DNA of 64,000 nt, taken from the NCBI RefSeq assembly GCF_003918875.1, contig NW_025767357.1, forward strand, positions 1,054,001 to 1,118,000. Direction: 5' to 3'. The DNA is from Haliotis rubra. Its lineage: Eukaryota. The notes below the pieces were generated by a model. That model did no database searches. It was not told where the DNA came from and saw only the letters and a program-made list of their open reading frames with translations. Each line of letters begins with the position of its first letter. Position 1 is the first letter of the stretch. Below are positions 60,785-64,000 of this stretch, piece after piece. The position numbers were made by a program, and so were the translations under genes.

Positions 60785-63700
60785 CCCTTGAACACCTTTT
60801 TACAGGTACGTAATTTATAACCCAGTAGATGTACACCCATGCACGGGGAGAAATGATGATTTTTATTTGTATTATATTGCTATTCCCGGGTATATTTACG
60901 AGCAAAACCTTGTGAATGATTATTTGTTTTTGTAGAGTGAATGACCTGTTTTTATATCTAATGCATATAAATACATATTAATGTCATTTGTTTCAGCAAT
61001 GTACCTATAATATTGATCAGCTACTGACACGTCAGTGCCCAGGGCATTGCACTGATCACACTTGCACTCTCTCTGACGTCATCCATGCGTGTCCCTATAA
61101 GACACGTGACCCGTCACGCTTTCTGACACTGCAGTGATGGCCAAGGGAAAGTCAAAAGACACCACGTGGAGTTTGAGGATGGCCTGGCTTCCAGCTTGTT
61201 GATGGGTGGATATTCATTTTTTAAGCTGGGCGGCATTCGGGATACGGAACAGCTGAAAACCGTTTACATACAAAAACATAACACGCACATGTGAAGGATG
61301 CTCAAAATGATGCAAATATCGTGTTGTTGGGGTGGGGATTTTATTACATCTGTAAAATAAACAGATTGTTTTGCACAGGGACGAGACAGGTCGCAAATGA
61401 TGCAGGTTTGATAGATGCGGAGTACAGTGACGTCATACTTATTCGTAGATATAATTATTTATTATCATAATAAATATGATTTCTTTTCATTTTCAGAATG
61501 TTGTCAGTTTCAACGGAATAAACTAGTTCGATACATGTCTGTGGTCTCTATGGTAATGTTGTCTATCCGTATAGATATAAATAATTCGTATAAATATATA
61601 CTAATGATGAATCGTCAGAATTATCAGTGTCGCTTCCTGAATGATATACATCTCATATTTGACATGATATATAACATATATCACGCAGTCGTTTGATGCA
61701 CTAGATACTGACACACACGAGGTGATTACATGCACAGGTTAATTCATACGCCTGGATGACAATTCCAAACTGACCTCGGCTCGAATCGTTGACTGCCGAT
61801 TACGTAATGCATTTAACCATCAATCCCATGTGAGAGGTTAAGGTATAATTCTCCATTCCGCGAATACAGACTTAAACATATGTCTGTACGTATTAATAAC
61901 CAACACCACGAGAGCACGAGCCGCGTGCTGGGAGGCAACCTGCATACATGCAAGAACGTGTCATTGCAATGGCGCCGCTAACGACGAGGGATGAACTTGA
62001 GAACAAAGTTTATTTAAGAACAGTTGAATGATTTCAGTTGTGTTTTAGTAGTAGAACACATTTGTCATGCTGAACATTTCAAAACCTGGTCTGTAGCTTG
62101 CTTTTAGCTGTTCCTCGTGCGGACGCGGCCCAGTCGGGAGAAATTATTGACCGAATTGTCTGCTTAGCTGTACCGATTTAGGACCCCTCCGTTCTTCAAT
62201 GCTTAAACGTGTATCTATACAAGATCGACTGTACATTTCTTCGGAATCGTTTAATTAGTCCACTGTTTGTGAATACTGCTATTCGTAACCCTGTCTAATG
62301 TCCCTGTACAGCTGTCTTCACGCATAATTACCACATACGTCCCTCGGTATACATGCAGCCAAAACACCTCTACTGGTTAGATATCATCAAAAGAATGTCA
62401 CTGTGTATAAAAGAATACAGCAAGGCTGCAGAGCTTTCATAAATATATCATATACTTTTCTCACCTAACTAAATCACTGTAATGAACGATAAGAATTGTA
62501 TCTATTACAGTGTAAGCTGAGAAGCGATACTTCCTAACATCACTGGCTATATTGCGCTTCTCACTACTTCGTCACATCAGTAAGCCCTGTCCGCCATATT
62601 GGAGAAATGCACCATTGTAGGATACTTAAATGGCGATTCTACAACTGTCAACAAGACTCATACACCTGAATATAGCGCATGTTTAGGGGATGTTAGTGAT
62701 GGTATGGTAATATCTAAGAGTAGGCTACCGTTTGGTATGACATAATGCCGTATCGGAGTGTTATTGCTCTGCATGCTTTGGCCTATAAATATCTGCACTG
62801 GCTAGGAATTGAGATACGGGCCCCTTTCACAACAATACATGATCACTAAAGTAAATGTCCTTCCACACGTCTCTGTGTTATGAGCAGTAGATTCAGATTA
62901 GCATAAAGGTTACTTTCATCAATTGGGACATAAGGCAGATTTTTTTTTCTAAATGTACACACAAGGATGTTTTATCATAATTTCCGCCTATTGTTCGTTA
63001 TGATGATTTTGTTGTCTCAGAAGCATTATTTTGCTGAAGAATGTATATGTGATGAGTTTGTTGGGGTATATATGTATGTACTATCTGTTAGCAACACCGA
63101 GATTACAAGCGCCTACGTGCAGTAAACCTGACAATGGGGTCAGATCTAGGGGTCATGGAAACTGAGAGCCCTTGTTTAAATATTTTCTGTCGTTAAACTA
63201 ATAATTGCTAGTCAGACATCAAACTACTGTTATATGAACCGCAAAATCGTCTTGTCATATATTCCCAATTACTCTTCATTTATAGTCTTATTAACAATAC
63301 CAACACCTCCATGTGTAATCACTATACGGATCAGTCTATTCTAACAATAGGGGCGTTTGGGTGGTAAGCCGGCACTCGGTCGATACTAACATGTTGTCTT
63401 TTCGACAGTGTTTATAAATATTACACTGCTATATTGCCAGGTTACGTATGGGTTTGTCTCAGACAGTTGCATTGAGGAGAACTTGCGAGCAGGTACAAAA
63501 TTTGGCCTTTAAGCTAAAAGTGTCCATTCTCATTACCCACTACGAGAAGAGTCCAATTAAACATGAGCTCGCGCAAATAAAGAATGCTTGAAGTGAGAGA
63601 CGAATATACTGCCTCAAAGTCATTGACAACACGGAAAGTTGGAAACCTAGAGTTTACAACGGGTATGACAGATATCAAATTAGGTGTAGCTCTTTTAACT

Positions 63701-64000
63701 TCGATGACACAAGCATATCTCTAGAGGAAACTGTTGTTACGAATAAGTTTGGAGGAAACAATTTACTCCCTCTATAAGGATCTAGCCTAATGGGTAATAG
63801 GATTTTAGTAATATTATCAATCGAGCTTAAAATTAGCATGTATTGTGATTTATATCATTACTATTATATATCATTTGCAAAATTGTTGTTACGAGTAGTG
63901 TATCATTCTTATTAAGGCGAAACGATATTTTCGTTAGCTCCCAGTCCGTTCCCAATGTATGTAGATAGTGCAGAGAGGGCTCGCTGCATCCAGTTAAGAT

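Overview
Eukaryotic, AT-rich, repeat-dense invertebrate genomic DNA (spliceosomal GT-AG introns; the SINE repertoire suggests a mollusc, possibly a gastropod such as abalone, which is inference). The main content is a tandem array of five minus-strand, two-exon genes for PhyH-like Fe(II)/2-oxoglutarate dioxygenases (13.6-51.9 kb). I reconstructed the short first exon and phase-2 intron of each by hand. Paralog 4 is an intact ORF that has lost both iron-binding histidines. The left end holds the first five coding exons of a secreted, Cys-rich Ly6/three-finger-like protein with an internal furin site. The 3' flank of paralog 2 is a nested insertion pile: a 2.1-kb 29-bp satellite whose single-copy seed survives in paralog 1, a Polinton/Maverick (adintovirus-like) fragment with open PolB and integrase ORFs and a palindromic AGTAGT...ACTACT end, a Helentron-like element, and a LINE fragment carrying an Academ-like MITE. 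The window also has more than 40 SINE copies in three families (one lacks a tRNA head and has a predicted pseudoknotted 5' end), many MITEs, Crypton and Penelope fragments, and one assembly gap. SINE and degraded-element coordinates are approximate to within a few bases.
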